Assembly: GCF_003019035.1 (NCBI RefSeq)
Contig: NZ_CP027447.1
DNA from: Escherichia coli
Lineage (GTDB): Bacteria; Pseudomonadota; Gammaproteobacteria; Enterobacterales; Enterobacteriaceae
Length of the DNA stretch: 64,000 nucleotides
Reading direction: 5' to 3' (one strand)
The position numbers were made by a program, and so were the translations under genes. Shown here piece after piece: positions 16,925-29,128 of this stretch (within the stretch, counting starts at the first letter, position 1; each line of letters starts with the position of its first letter). Under the pieces are notes generated by a model. It had not been told where the DNA came from and ran no database searches. It saw nothing but the letters and a program-made list of their open reading frames with translations.

Positions 16925-17938
16925 TTATTGCGAAAGAGCAATGAGGGAGCCGCGGCGGATCAGTTTTCCGCTGAAGGTTTTCGGCGGTGAGAAATCCCCA
17001 CCATCGAGCATAAAAATCAGCCGTCCAATAATTTCCTGAATCATCTCAGTCACCGGAATTTTTACGCTGGAGAGCGCCGGAACGGTGTAGGGGGCAATAG
17101 CGATATCATCGAATCCGATAACTGACACCTGCTCTGGCACCGCTACGCCGCGCTCGTGCAACGCTTTCATCGCACCTATCGCCATATCGTCGTTACTGGC
17201 AACTAACGCGCTAAATTTAGCCCCACGTTCGAGCAACGTTTCTACCCCTTCGGCCCCGCTGGCGGGCGTCCATTTACCGTTAGCGATAAGTTTTTCATTG
17301 AGCGCAATACCATGCTGCGCCAGCGCGTCTTTATACCCGGCAAGACGTTCAACGCTGGTGGGGGAATCCATCGAGCCGGTAAGGAAAGCAATCTCCTGAT
17401 GTCCGGCGTTTATCAACTCTGCCACGGCGTTAAAGCTGGTCTGTTTATGATCGCACCAGACGCTATGGCTGGTGTTTTTGCGCAGGCGGCGATTAAGCAC
17501 CATTATCGGCTGACTGTGTGCGTCAATGATGTCATCAATCTCATCCACGCTTAAAAAACGCGGGTAAATCATAATGGCGTCGCAGCGCAAATCCAGCAGA
17601 TACTGAATCGCCTGGCGCTCTTCTTCGGCGCTGTGTTTACCATCTGCCAATAGCAACTGTCGCCCTTTCTCTTCCGCCATTCGCGCGGCATGAAACAGTA
17701 GTTCACTAAAATAAATGCCGTGGTAAAGCGTGTTGGTCACTACCAGCCCCAGCGTCTGAGTACTCTTCGCCGACAGATTGCGCGCCAGCAAGTTTGGGCG
17801 GTAACCGCTCTCTTCTACCGCCTGAAACACGCGATCTTTAGTCTCCTGGCTGACGTAGCCATTACCTGAAAGCACGCGGGAAACGGTCGCTTTTGAAACC
17901 CCGGCGCGCTTCGCCACTTCCAGCATCGTCGTCATCAT
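16925..17938 (-). CDS. ascG: LacI-family repressor of the asc operon
   Basis: HTH MTTMLEVAKRAGVSKATVSRVL; periplasmic-binding-like C-terminus; start chosen at internal Met. Confidence 0.9.
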   Translation of the reverse strand: MMTTMLEVAKRAGVSKATVSRVLSGNGYVSQETKDRVFQAVEESGYRPNLLARNLSAKSTQTLGLVVTNTLYHGIYFSELLFHAARMAEEKGRQLLLADGKHSAEEERQAIQYLLDLRCDAIMIYPRFLSVDEIDDIIDAHSQPIMVLNRRLRKNTSHSVWCDHKQTSFNAVAELINAGHQEIAFLTGSMDSPTSVERLAGYKDALAQHGIALNEKLIANGKWTPASGAEGVETLLERGAKFSALVASNDDMAIGAMKALHERGVAVPEQVSVIGFDDIAIAPYTVPALSSVKIPVTEMIQEIIGRLIFMLDGGDFSPPKTFSGKLIRRGSLIALSQ

Positions 17939-18193
17939 TTTCATCCCTTTACACGCAATCAACGCAGTGTACTGCACCGTTTGCCGATTGTCCTTGCGCA
18001 ATCGGCGGGAAAAATATTCAGGTGACCGGTTTCACAAATATAAAAAATGAACAATTAACTCTCTTGCTTATTTAGTGACAACTATTCATGATTTTGTGAA
18101 ACCGGTTTCCTAATTCCGTTTCAGCATCGGCATTTTCCGTCACGTCGACTGATAACAACTACATCTACCCTACTGATAACAGGATAAAATCCG

Positions 18194-21084
<2,891 letters not shown>

Positions 21085-21092
21085 GTAACCGT

Positions 21093-21155
21093 GCCGGATG
21101 CGGCGTGAACGCCTTATCCGGCCTACAAGGCCCGATAAGCGTTGCGCATCGGGCA
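21093..21155. repeat. REP elements (two palindromic units)
   Basis: gccggatgcggcgtgaacgccttatccggcctac is the classic REP consensus; second unit cccgataagcgttgcgcatcggg. Confidence 0.8.
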
Positions 21156-21170
21156 ATCTGGCGTTTGGCA

Positions 21171-21434
21171 TCAGAGCTGGTTCACCCCATCAAGAACATC
21201 CCCCTTTATCAAGCAACGCTGCGTCAGCGCCAGATCTTCCGATTGCGGGTCGCGCCCGGCGATGGGTTTGAGGACGAGTTTACGGTTGGGGGTATAAGTA
21301 AAACGCGTGAGCGCGGGATAGCTTAACTTGCCAAACCAGCCGTGAACACGCTGCCATTTGGCGTCTTTTACCTGATACAGACTGGTTATCCAGTAACCGG
21401 AATCAAACTGCATATCCAGCAATTGCGTGTGGCC
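21171..21434 (-). pseudogene. C-terminal fragment of a host ORF split by the prophage
   Basis: Frame is continuous with the N-terminal fragment at 57696..58204 once the prophage and one copy of the direct repeat are removed. Confidence 0.7.
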
Positions 21435-21440
21435 ATTCCT
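21435..21440. repeat. Left target-site duplication (ATTCCT; 5 or 6 bp)
   Basis: Identical ATTCCT immediately flanks the other prophage end at 57695..57700. Confidence 0.7.
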
Positions 21441-21483
21441 TGATCAGACATGAGATAAATGAAGGGGGATCCGTGAGATAAAT
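21441..21483. repeat. Left prophage end with putative transposase-binding repeats
   Basis: TGAGATAAAT at 21451 and 21474; inverted copy at the right end (57652..57661). Confidence 0.6.
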
Positions 21484-21801
21484 AACGAATTGGAGTGGGT
21501 TAACATGGGTTCTGGTGAACAGAACTGAAATTCTTTTTCGTTATACGATAGATAAGTCGGACATTGAAATCATCCTTTCTGGCAACTTAGAATCGAGTTT
21601 GCTGAAACATGACTCGTAACAAAAAGGATGATTCCAATGACTACTCAAAACAATAAGCATGATAGCCTGGATTACTCAGAAAAGCCCAAAAGCAAGCACA
21701 TCGTGACGTTCGAGCGCGATTCCGGTAGAAAAGGAGAATCGTCTTCCTCTGCCAATAAAAACACTATACCGGCAGCTCCTGCTCCGGGGAAAAAATAAAC
21801 A

Positions 21802-22434
21802 TCATTCATCGTTCGTTGCACGAACGCGCCTGATCTCCACTCTGGCAATCTGATCTGCTGGAATATAGGTTGCCAGAGCTCCCCAGTACTTATCAACCAC
21901 GCCTTTATACTCTTCCCATTCGTTACTGCCTGAAGGGCTGCTGTGTGTGACGTAAAGAACCATATCGCCTTTATTCCCCAGGGTAAACGGACCGTTAGGC
22001 CACTCTTCAAAGTTCCCTGGCAGTCGTGACATCATACCGGAACCATCGCGAAGAATCACTCTGACCTCGGTGACGCTGAAGTCTGTTTGATCAAACATTG
22101 CCTGCCATGCTGAGCTGGTATCGTCAGACCATGAAATATCATTATTCCACAGTAATCTGTACATCCATTTGCGACCGTACCTGCGCCACCACGCACCACA
22201 TGTAACAGCACACAGAAGTGCTGGTGGTGTTGCCAGCCAGGCATTCAGACCTGCCCACATAACAGCCTGGTAAGCCATCATTGCTGTCAGGCCAAAAATT
22301 AGCGAAGAAAAAGTCACCTCAATGGGTTTGTGCTGATCCTTCAGCCCCACATTCGCAATAAAATACCCAATATAGCCACTGGTCAGAGTCACCAGTGTTG
22401 CCCATGGCAAATTTAACAACGAAACGTCAAACAT
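21802..22434 (-). CDS. Hypothetical membrane protein (three predicted TM helices plus ~130 aa soluble domain); terminal moron
   Basis: ORF with GGAG RBS before MFDVSLLNL; lies between the mor terminator and the prophage left end; lower GC than neighbouring phage genes. Confidence 0.55.
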   Translation of the reverse strand: MFDVSLLNLPWATLVTLTSGYIGYFIANVGLKDQHKPIEVTFSSLIFGLTAMMAYQAVMWAGLNAWLATPPALLCAVTCGAWWRRYGRKWMYRLLWNNDISWSDDTSSAWQAMFDQTDFSVTEVRVILRDGSGMMSRLPGNFEEWPNGPFTLGNKGDMVLYVTHSSPSGSNEWEEYKGVVDKYWGALATYIPADQIARVEIRRVRATNDE

Positions 22435-22472
22435 ATTTTCTCCCTGCATCCTGAATACTACAGAGAGAGCAT

Positions 22473-22504
22473 AAAAAAAGCACGGTAAGGGGTCTACCGT
22501 GCTT
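22473..22504 (-). terminator. Rho-independent terminator downstream of mor
   Basis: Stem agcacggta/taccgtgct followed by a U7 run on the minus-strand transcript. Confidence 0.7.
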
Positions 22505-22548
22505 TTATACAATAAGGAGATTTTTGAAAGGACTTTAACAAGCAGGAA

Positions 22549-22947
22549 TTATCTGGATTTGTTAACGTCTCTCGTCTCTTCTGGCAGATCTTCATCAAAC
22601 AACCTGCCCTGCATCCGATCCAGTTCTTCTTTTCTGACCCGCTTAACCACGCTGTAGACCCACTGAAGCGAAACACCAAACTTGCGGGCCAGTTCATGGT
22701 GGTTGCGTCCGTTAAACTCCCGGAAGATTTCCCGGTCGCGCTGACTGACCTTCCATACCATGCCCATCGGGAAATAAACGTTTTGCCCGCCCCAGACCTG
22801 CATCATGCGGTTCGCGACGGCCTGACCAATCTGGTCGGCAATTGCGGGCTCAATATCAATAATCTCGCGAACGGTCTCAGAGGTATGCTGTGCCAGTTCC
22901 ACCAGGAGTTCCGGCCCTTTACTTCGAAACTGATTCAGGTCGCTCAT
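22549..22947 (-). CDS. mor: Mor/C-family middle/late transcription activator
   Basis: IFREFNGRNHHELARKFGVSLQWVYSVVKRVRK closely resembles the conserved Mu Mor C-terminal HTH region. Confidence 0.75.
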   Translation of the reverse strand: MSDLNQFRSKGPELLVELAQHTSETVREIIDIEPAIADQIGQAVANRMMQVWGGQNVYFPMGMVWKVSQRDREIFREFNGRNHHELARKFGVSLQWVYSVVKRVRKEELDRMQGRLFDEDLPEETRDVNKSR

Positions 22948-23371
22948 GTTTTACTCCCGCAGCTCTGCGCTGCCACTTCTTCAGTTTCTCAATAACACTG
23001 CTTGCCTGTTCTGTATTGAGCCAGCGCAGGGCGCTGATGCCCGTTTCCCGCTTGATCCACCGCGCTAATGCATTTTCTGAACGGTCACGAACAATGCCGG
23101 CAGCAGCCATTTCAAGCCATAGCGCACGGATTTTCCTGGACTGCGGATGGTTATCCAGCGGTAAACCGGAGCTGGCTTTTCCGGCAGGCTTAACGCGAAA
23201 GCCTTTCCTTTTCATGGATTCCAGCACGCAGTTTAGTTGTGTGGTATCCATTCCTTTGGTTGAGGCTTTACCGGTCAGCCCCTGTAACATCTGGCGGTAG
23301 GTGTCTTCATCCATACCCAGTTCATTACGGGCAATATGAATGAGCTGGATAAGACGTTGTTTAGTCATCAT
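22919..23371 (-). CDS. GemA-like (Mu gp16 family) protein
   Basis: Position immediately upstream of mor as in Mu; start codon uncertain (track ORF extends to 23410). Confidence 0.5.
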   Translation of the reverse strand: MMTKQRLIQLIHIARNELGMDEDTYRQMLQGLTGKASTKGMDTTQLNCVLESMKRKGFRVKPAGKASSGLPLDNHPQSRKIRALWLEMAAAGIVRDRSENALARWIKRETGISALRWLNTEQASSVIEKLKKWQRRAAGVKHERPESVSK

Positions 23372-23576
23372 CGTTGCTCCTTTTACCTGCGCCACCGATA
23401 TAATCGACATATAAAGGAAGCGCCACAGGCCAGCACAGGAACATCACCGACCAGCTAATCCAGTAGCCGGCACCACTGTAACGTGAATAAAACCCTGAAC
23501 GGCGGTGCAGTTCAGCAGTACACCAACCGACAAAACAATACCAGAACAGGGCACATACAACAGATTCAGCCGTCAT
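23361..23576 (-). CDS. Small hypothetical membrane protein (~71 aa, two hydrophobic segments)
   Basis: MTAESVVCALFWYCFVGW...; GGGGGA RBS; overlaps neighbouring genes in the early operon. Confidence 0.4.
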   Translation of the reverse strand: MTAESVVCALFWYCFVGWCTAELHRRSGFYSRYSGAGYWISWSVMFLCWPVALPLYVDYIGGAGKRSNDDD

Positions 23577-23796
23577 TCTGAATATCCCCCCAACTGATAT
23601 GAATATTACGGGCAGCAATGACAGGGTCGTTATCCCACCATGCACCTGACATGTATTTTTCAACCTGTTCGCGTCCGGCAATAACACCAATTGTGATCCC
23701 CGGCCTGACGTTCTTAAAAAAGGCGCGGGCAAAAAGGTATCTGGCAGATATTCGGCAGGCTTTTAATTTCCGGCTGTTACCTGATAGCGTAATCAT
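23566..23796 (-). CDS. Hypothetical early protein (76 aa)
   Basis: ATGA start/stop overlap with the upstream gene. Confidence 0.35.
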   Translation of the reverse strand: MITLSGNSRKLKACRISARYLFARAFFKNVRPGITIGVIAGREQVEKYMSGAWWDNDPVIAARNIHISWGDIQNDG

Positions 23797-24476
23797 CTGG
23801 CCTCCAGTTTCTGTTGTTCCTGCCCACTGACCGGGCGGTGCAGTCTGACGTTCTGCCCTTCACGAAACCCCGCATAGCGCGAGGCGTCACCATTGCGGCT
23901 TCTTCCCGGTTTACGCGCCCTGGTGGTTTGCGTTTGCGGGTATTTATGTTCCAGCCACTGCTGCATCAGTTCACGTTCGTCATCAGTCAGGGCGAAGGAC
24001 TGTATTTCACTGATAACGGCCAGCACCCAGCCTTCAGCAAACTGGTCTCCACGGCTGGTGCGGGTGGCGGTTTTTATTCTTTTGTTCTGTGTGCTGATAT
24101 ACTGCTGACGCGCCTTTTTCAGCTGGCGGGCCAGCACTTCCCAAGTGTACGCAGCCAGTGCGGCCCGTTCCCGGTTGCCGTAGAATCCCACACCCGGATA
24201 TGTGCCGGGGTGAATGATGGAGTTAACACCAAATGCCTCGCGGATGATGTTCATCAGGCCCAACATATAGCGCGGTGGACGGAGGCTGCCTGTCGGCCAG
24301 TAGTGGCTGATGGTTTCATCAATATCACTCATGGCAATGTCGGAATGTGTGATGCCGTGAACATCCATCAGTTTACGGGCACGGCGCAGTGCCAGAGCGG
24401 CCTCGTGCGGGTTGCCGGATGCAGCCAGCGCCAGCAGTTTTTTCAGTTTCTCAATGTGTTTATCCAGGTCTGTCAT
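23793..24476 (-). CDS. Hypothetical early protein (227 aa)
   Basis: Long ORF in the early operon; no recognisable catalytic motif. Confidence 0.5.
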   Translation of the reverse strand: MTDLDKHIEKLKKLLALAASGNPHEAALALRRARKLMDVHGITHSDIAMSDIDETISHYWPTGSLRPPRYMLGLMNIIREAFGVNSIIHPGTYPGVGFYGNRERAALAAYTWEVLARQLKKARQQYISTQNKRIKTATRTSRGDQFAEGWVLAVISEIQSFALTDDERELMQQWLEHKYPQTQTTRARKPGRSRNGDASRYAGFREGQNVRLHRPVSGQEQQKLEAR

Positions 24477-24778
24477 TGTTCGGTATCTCCGGTGTACATG
24501 ACGCCCAGCCGTGCGGCAAGGCGTTCCAGTTTTTTCTGTTTGTGGAAGTCAATCAGCCGGCCCATCCCCTGAAGACGCAACTGCTCTGTCATGATTTCCA
24601 CGTCTGCCAGCTCTGCCGCGAGGTCACTTTCGCTGCCCTGTCCGTTCAGGTTGCGGGCAGCACTGGCCGCCAGTTCGGCGGCCTCTTCTGTCAGTTTCAG
24701 GGCCTGTGCATCCGGCCCGAAACGCTGCAGAGCCAGACGATAGAGGGCAGTGCGTGTGAGTATGGTGTTCCGTGTCAT
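24473..24778 (-). CDS. Small all-alpha NTP pyrophosphohydrolase-like (MazG-like) protein
   Basis: LTEEAAELAASAARN...LAAELADVEIMTEQL resembles the paired E-rich helices of MazG-type domains. Confidence 0.45.
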   Translation of the reverse strand: MTRNTILTRTALYRLALQRFGPDAQALKLTEEAAELAASAARNLNGQGSESDLAAELADVEIMTEQLRLQGMGRLIDFHKQKKLERLAARLGVMYTGDTEQ

Positions 24779-24787
24779 GCCGCGCCC

Positions 24788-25060
24788 TCAGTGCTTCCGG
24801 TCGACGGTGATGTGCAGGCCGCCTTCTGCAGTGGTTTCCATCCGGTACGGCACCTCATGCTCTGCCGTGTGGGTGAGTGTGTTCACCAGTACCTGCAGGG
24901 CAGCCTCCTTTCCGTTGGTCGTCACAATGGCCTGAGCGGCCATGCTGATTAGCGCTGTCAGGACGTGCTTCACATCGGTGAGGTCGCGGCATTCACACTC
25001 GTTGACATAGTGTTCAACAAGGGTTCGGGTGCGCTGTCGTGCTTCCTGTGGGGTAATCAT
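24788..25060 (-). CDS. Hypothetical early protein (90 aa)
   Basis: ORF in the early operon. Confidence 0.4.
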   Translation of the reverse strand: MITPQEARQRTRTLVEHYVNECECRDLTDVKHVLTALISMAAQAIVTTNGKEAALQVLVNTLTHTAEHEVPYRMETTAEGGLHITVDRKH

Positions 25061-25251
25061 TGCGAGTCCTCCCTGTCAGGGCGGGAGAATTCCATGACGG
25101 GCACGTCCGCTGAAAAATGTTGGCTGCAGTACGGACAGACCAGGGTGACGCGCACTGCAGGTACGTGGTACTTACCGGACATCACGGCGATGGCGCTGTG
25201 AAAACGCAGGGCTGTTATATCCCTCTCGCACTGAATACATTTAAATATCAT
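25057..25251 (-). CDS. Small zinc-ribbon protein (64 aa)
   Basis: Two CxxC pairs (CIQC ... CPYC). Confidence 0.45.
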   Translation of the reverse strand: MIFKCIQCERDITALRFHSAIAVMSGKYHVPAVRVTLVCPYCSQHFSADVPVMEFSRPDREDSQ

Positions 25252-25348
25252 GATTTAATTCTCCTCTGTTTCCGGCGTGCAGAAGCCCACGGCGCTGACG
25301 CCGGAATAAAAAAGAAAATGTTTTTATTAAATAATTAACGTGGTGTGT

Positions 25349-25879
25349 TTACTGCACATCCTGCTCAAAAGGAATTATTGAAAAATCCTCAATATCACTT
25401 TTTATGGTAATACCGGGAATATTTTTCACGGCCTCTTTTTCATTCAGAATGGCATCTTTATTTATTTCCTCTTTTACACGAATAAAGCGCTCAAGCCCCA
25501 GACGTCTCAGTAGTTCAATAACATTATCCGCTCCACGGATACTGACTGATGGCGGACGGTTTCGCCACTGCACCTCGCCGGTGGTGAGGTTAGCGAACTT
25601 CACCTTCCCGTTGCCGGTCAGTTCATCACGGTGTGCCTCACACCATGTCTGAATACCGGACTGCAGTTCGGCCATGCGTTTTTTCAGGCTCTCGGTGAGC
25701 GGGGCATAACGTGCGGTGATATCGCCAATGGCGTCATTCATTTCTGTTTCAGCCCTGACCAGTTCACGTTGTGCGTCACCGAGCAGTCTGATTCCCTCAA
25801 TGACCTCTTCGCGTGTCCCCGGTACCCAGAGTGCCGCTGCGGACTTGATACGTTTTGCCCCTTTTGTACTTTTTGCCAT
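25349..25879 (-). CDS. gam: Gam-like host-nuclease inhibitor (DNA-end binding)
   Basis: 176 aa; AKRIKSAAA, RPPSVSIRG and GITIKSDIEDFSIIPFEQ closely match Mu Gam. Confidence 0.85.
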   Translation of the reverse strand: MAKSTKGAKRIKSAAALWVPGTREEVIEGIRLLGDAQRELVRAETEMNDAIGDITARYAPLTESLKKRMAELQSGIQTWCEAHRDELTGNGKVKFANLTTGEVQWRNRPPSVSIRGADNVIELLRRLGLERFIRVKEEINKDAILNEKEAVKNIPGITIKSDIEDFSIIPFEQDVQ

Positions 25880-25906
25880 ATCTTATGATTTCTCCGGTTG
25901 TGCTGA

Positions 25907-26176
25907 TTACCACAAAGATTCCGGCCACACGACGCGACAGCCGTGCAGTTCGAAAACGCCCTGACGGAAATATCCCCTGTGGTCATGTCCGGTATACAGA
26001 TAACAGGCCTTTCCCTGCTCAAGCATGCGCATGCAATGCGCACTTCGGGAAACGCGGATGACAGGTTTGTTACCCCTGATGGTGATGCTTTGTACATCCG
26101 TGTTCGTCGCCTTAAGCGCCATAATGGCTGACTGCACTTTGCTGATTTGCTGGTTGATACCTGTGGTGGATTTCAT
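25907..26176 (-). CDS. Hypothetical early protein (89 aa) in the position of Mu kil
   Basis: ORF immediately downstream of B. Confidence 0.4.
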   Translation of the reverse strand: MKSTTGINQQISKVQSAIMALKATNTDVQSITIRGNKPVIRVSRSAHCMRMLEQGKACYLYTGHDHRGYFRQGVFELHGCRVVWPESLW

Positions 26177-26178
26177 TA

Positions 26179-27345
26179 TTAAACCCCTTTGACAACGTCA
26201 GCGTTGACCTGTGGAACCCCGATTTCAGCGGCCAGATTCATGGCGGCTATCACCAGGTTACTGACGGCCAGCGGATACAACAGGCTGACCATATTTTTAC
26301 GATGACTTCCCGGATTGCTCAGGCGGGCACGTATGGCATCCACTGCACTGGCGTCCATAATGTCCGTCAGTTGTTTACCTGCCCGTTGCAGTTTGAACGT
26401 CAGAAACTCTTCAAGGTTATTGTCCAGAGGCAGAAGTTCGACCACCTCACAGCGCTGAACGACTTCACGGACTTCCATATTGCGTTCAGACAGTTTTGTC
26501 GCCAGTTCCGGCTGGCCAATCAGCACGATGGACAGCAGTTTTTTGAAACCGGACTCCAGCTCAAAAAAGCGTTTGAGGTGTTTCAGTGTCGGAATGGGCA
26601 GACTGTGGGCCTCCTCAATCACCAGAACGTGGCTGAACCCCGCCTGGCTGCTGTCTTTCAGGACGCGATGCAACTGGCGAAAGCGGGCGTCCTGACTGCG
26701 TCTGATGCTTTCCAGTGGTGCGATGGTACTGATAATGGCTTCGGCAATAGCTGCTGCCTTCAGGGTTTTCCCTTTCACATCGTTGTCTTCCATAGCGATG
26801 ATGTATGGCTCGATAACAATTACCGGCGCATTCTCGCGGTTGATACGTTCAGTCAGGTCGCGGCGCAGCGTGGATTTACCCGCACCGGACTCACCGATGA
26901 CGGCCATAAACCCACCATGACGGGCTGTCTGGTACAACGCCTCACGCACGTAGCGAATGTCCGGGGTGGTGAACACATCATCAGAACCCTGCATGGCTTC
27001 GTCGGCGAACGGGTCACGGAAAAGACCAAACGCTTTTTTGGTTGCTGGAAATAACACCTGTTTTTTGAGTAACATATTCTCTTCCTCACTGAGGCTCGTT
27101 TTATCTGTGGTACCCGCTGTACGGGGCGTGGCCGCGCCCTGTACAGCATCAAAACTCTTCGCTGTATCAATCCCCTGACTTTCCAGCCAGGACGCAAGAC
27201 GCCGGCGCACTTCTCCGGGGCTGGTGCGGGGCCACGCGTTATGATTCACAATCTGGGCCAGCGTGGCCTCAGAAACATCGACAGCTCTCGCCACCACCGC
27301 CTGTGGAATACGGGCCTCTTTCAGTTGCTGCTTCAGTACCAGCAT
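26179..27345 (-). CDS. Transposition ATPase (Mu B-like AAA+ protein)
   Basis: Walker A GESGAGKST; N-terminal HTH-like region; GAGGAGG RBS; immediately downstream of the transposase. Confidence 0.8.
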   Translation of the reverse strand: MLVLKQQLKEARIPQAVVARAVDVSEATLAQIVNHNAWPRTSPGEVRRRLASWLESQGIDTAKSFDAVQGAATPRTAGTTDKTSLSEEENMLLKKQVLFPATKKAFGLFRDPFADEAMQGSDDVFTTPDIRYVREALYQTARHGGFMAVIGESGAGKSTLRRDLTERINRENAPVIVIEPYIIAMEDNDVKGKTLKAAAIAEAIISTIAPLESIRRSQDARFRQLHRVLKDSSQAGFSHVLVIEEAHSLPIPTLKHLKRFFELESGFKKLLSIVLIGQPELATKLSERNMEVREVVQRCEVVELLPLDNNLEEFLTFKLQRAGKQLTDIMDASAVDAIRARLSNPGSHRKNMVSLLYPLAVSNLVIAAMNLAAEIGVPQVNADVVKGV

Positions 27346-27355
27346 GTTTCCCTCC

Positions 27356-29125
27356 TCAGTTGCCGTTAACAATGCTGATAACGCTGCTGCGGGCCGGCGT
27401 GGTCAGCGTGGCCATGACTTCATCCAGTGCGGCTTCCGGTACGCCGTCCGGGTACTGTGCCGTTAACTGGCGGTAATGTTCCGGCGTCCAGGTAAGGCCG
27501 TCGGCGCTGAACTTATCGCGCAGGGCTTTCGCGGCCTCCACATGAGTCATGGGACGTTGTTCAGTGCGCGGTCTGCGTACATCAGAGGCCTGACCGCGCT
27601 TCGGTATACAGGCCGGAAGTGTGGCGTCATCAATATGTTTATACGGGTCAAGCCGCCCGCCGAACGGCAGCGCCTTCGCCTTGCGTGCGGCAGCTGCATC
27701 TGCGGCGTTGTCTGTACCGGTGACCAGCGCTTCGGTTTCTTTTGCCGCCGTCTGTGCCGGTGTTTCCGGCAGGGCTTTGTAACTTTCGCCAAATACCGCC
27801 GCGCCTTCAGCAAAGCCAAACTCGTTCTTTCTGACCTCTTCGACCAGGAAGAACGTCTCGTGGCCGTCCTCACCGGTCAGAACCACCTGTGCCACATCGC
27901 TGCGCCATGGGTTACGGGTAATCATCAGTTTTTCACCAACCAGTACGCCCGGTACCGTTGATACGTCAAATTCAGTGCCCCGGAACGAGACACGAAGTTT
28001 TGGCGTGACTTTGCGGAGTTCTGGTGTCGTCACAGCCAGTTCACGGCATACCTCAACGGAAGGCGCTTTTTTCAGCTGCTCAGCAGTAATCTTCAGCCAG
28101 ATATCCGTGCGGGTTTTACCGTGGCGGCTGTGAACAGCTGTTGCGTTAAAGTGGCTACGCCATTTCGCGGCCAGCGCGTTGAGTTCTTCCAGACTGTGAA
28201 CCGGCCGGAACTTCAGACCCGGCTCCAGCTTGCGTTCGATAATGTCACGCGCCTTTTCCACCTGTCCGGTGGCGCGGGCGTTATGCGGCTTGTGCGCTAT
28301 CAGGTCGATGCCCAGTGAGCGGCACATGTTTTTCGTCATACCCGCGGTGTTTGCCGAGCCGGGGTCGAGATAGAGTATTTTCGGCACGCCGTGCAGCACG
28401 TCTGCGCCGCCACGCTCCTGCATGGCGTTGATAAGCACAGAACACAGGTTCTCACCGGATTCCGCACCCGTCACATACTCAACGTAAATCCAGCCGCTGG
28501 CATGGTCGGTAATCTCGTAACTCCACACGCGGTCACTGGCGATACGGGCAAGGTTAGCGGGCTTGTTCTTGTAGAACTTCGCGCTGTCCATCACCTGCAG
28601 CCCTTTGTGTCCATTGCTCAGGTAGTAAAGCGTGCAGAGAGAGGCATCAATCTGCCAGACATGATTGGGATGCAGACTGGCCACTTCGGTATGCGGCGCA
28701 GGGGCATCCAGTTGTTCCGGGTGCAGGCCATAGTTACGCAGGGCACGGCTGATAGCATCTTCGGACAACGGGAAAAACTCACCGGTGGTTTCATCTGTTC
28801 TGCCTGCGGAGATAAAGCCGTTAGCCCGCAGGGTTTCCACTGCATCTGCGATGGAATAGAGACGCTTACCGTTCTTGCGGGTGGCCTCACGTAGTGTGGC
28901 AGATATCAGCGCGGCTTCGTCGCGGGTCAGGGCGCTGCGCCCGGCATCGGCGCGTTTTTTGCGTTTATCAGTCACAGAGACCTCCTTCAGCCTGCGCAGC
29001 AGAGTGGCGCGGGACATGCCAAGTTCAGCACAGGCGGCGTCATATATTGCACCACGTTTACCATGCCCCGCGTCACGTGCCGCGCGGGCGACATAAACCA
29101 GTCGTTCAGTCAGGGCAGCATTCAT
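27356..29125 (-). CDS. DDE transposase (Mu A-like)
   Basis: 589 aa; N-terminal HTH-like region, integrase-core motifs (HVWQIDAS, YLDPGSANT). Confidence 0.8.
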   Translation of the reverse strand: MNAALTERLVYVARAARDAGHGKRGAIYDAACAELGMSRATLLRRLKEVSVTDKRKKRADAGRSALTRDEAALISATLREATRKNGKRLYSIADAVETLRANGFISAGRTDETTGEFFPLSEDAISRALRNYGLHPEQLDAPAPHTEVASLHPNHVWQIDASLCTLYYLSNGHKGLQVMDSAKFYKNKPANLARIASDRVWSYEITDHASGWIYVEYVTGAESGENLCSVLINAMQERGGADVLHGVPKILYLDPGSANTAGMTKNMCRSLGIDLIAHKPHNARATGQVEKARDIIERKLEPGLKFRPVHSLEELNALAAKWRSHFNATAVHSRHGKTRTDIWLKITAEQLKKAPSVEVCRELAVTTPELRKVTPKLRVSFRGTEFDVSTVPGVLVGEKLMITRNPWRSDVAQVVLTGEDGHETFFLVEEVRKNEFGFAEGAAVFGESYKALPETPAQTAAKETEALVTGTDNAADAAAARKAKALPFGGRLDPYKHIDDATLPACIPKRGQASDVRRPRTEQRPMTHVEAAKALRDKFSADGLTWTPEHYRQLTAQYPDGVPEAALDEVMATLTTPARSSVISIVNGN

Positions 29126-29128
29126 TGG

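Noticed and set aside
21171-21422. The 83 aa ORF as a standalone TTG-start gene (phage or host)
   Set aside because: It is in frame with the ORF fragment on the other side of the prophage, so it is better explained as the C-terminal remnant of a disrupted host gene.
21085-21440. tRNA or att-core type integration site at the prophage boundary
   Set aside because: No tRNA-like sequence at either junction and no integrase gene; the ends have transposon-type TG...CA termini and a short target duplication instead.
21672-22010. 112 aa minus-strand ORF overlapping the left-end moron
   Set aside because: Different frame inside the longer, RBS-supported ORF 21802..22434.
25252-25348. Hairpin (ccggcgt...acgccgg) between gam and the zinc-ribbon gene as a terminator
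   Set aside because: On the transcribed minus strand the U-rich tract is upstream of the stem, not downstream, so it is not a canonical intrinsic terminator; possibly an RNA processing or structural element.
26302-27054. 250 aa plus-strand ORF
   Set aside because: Antisense to the B-like ATPase gene, whose Walker A motif fixes the coding strand.
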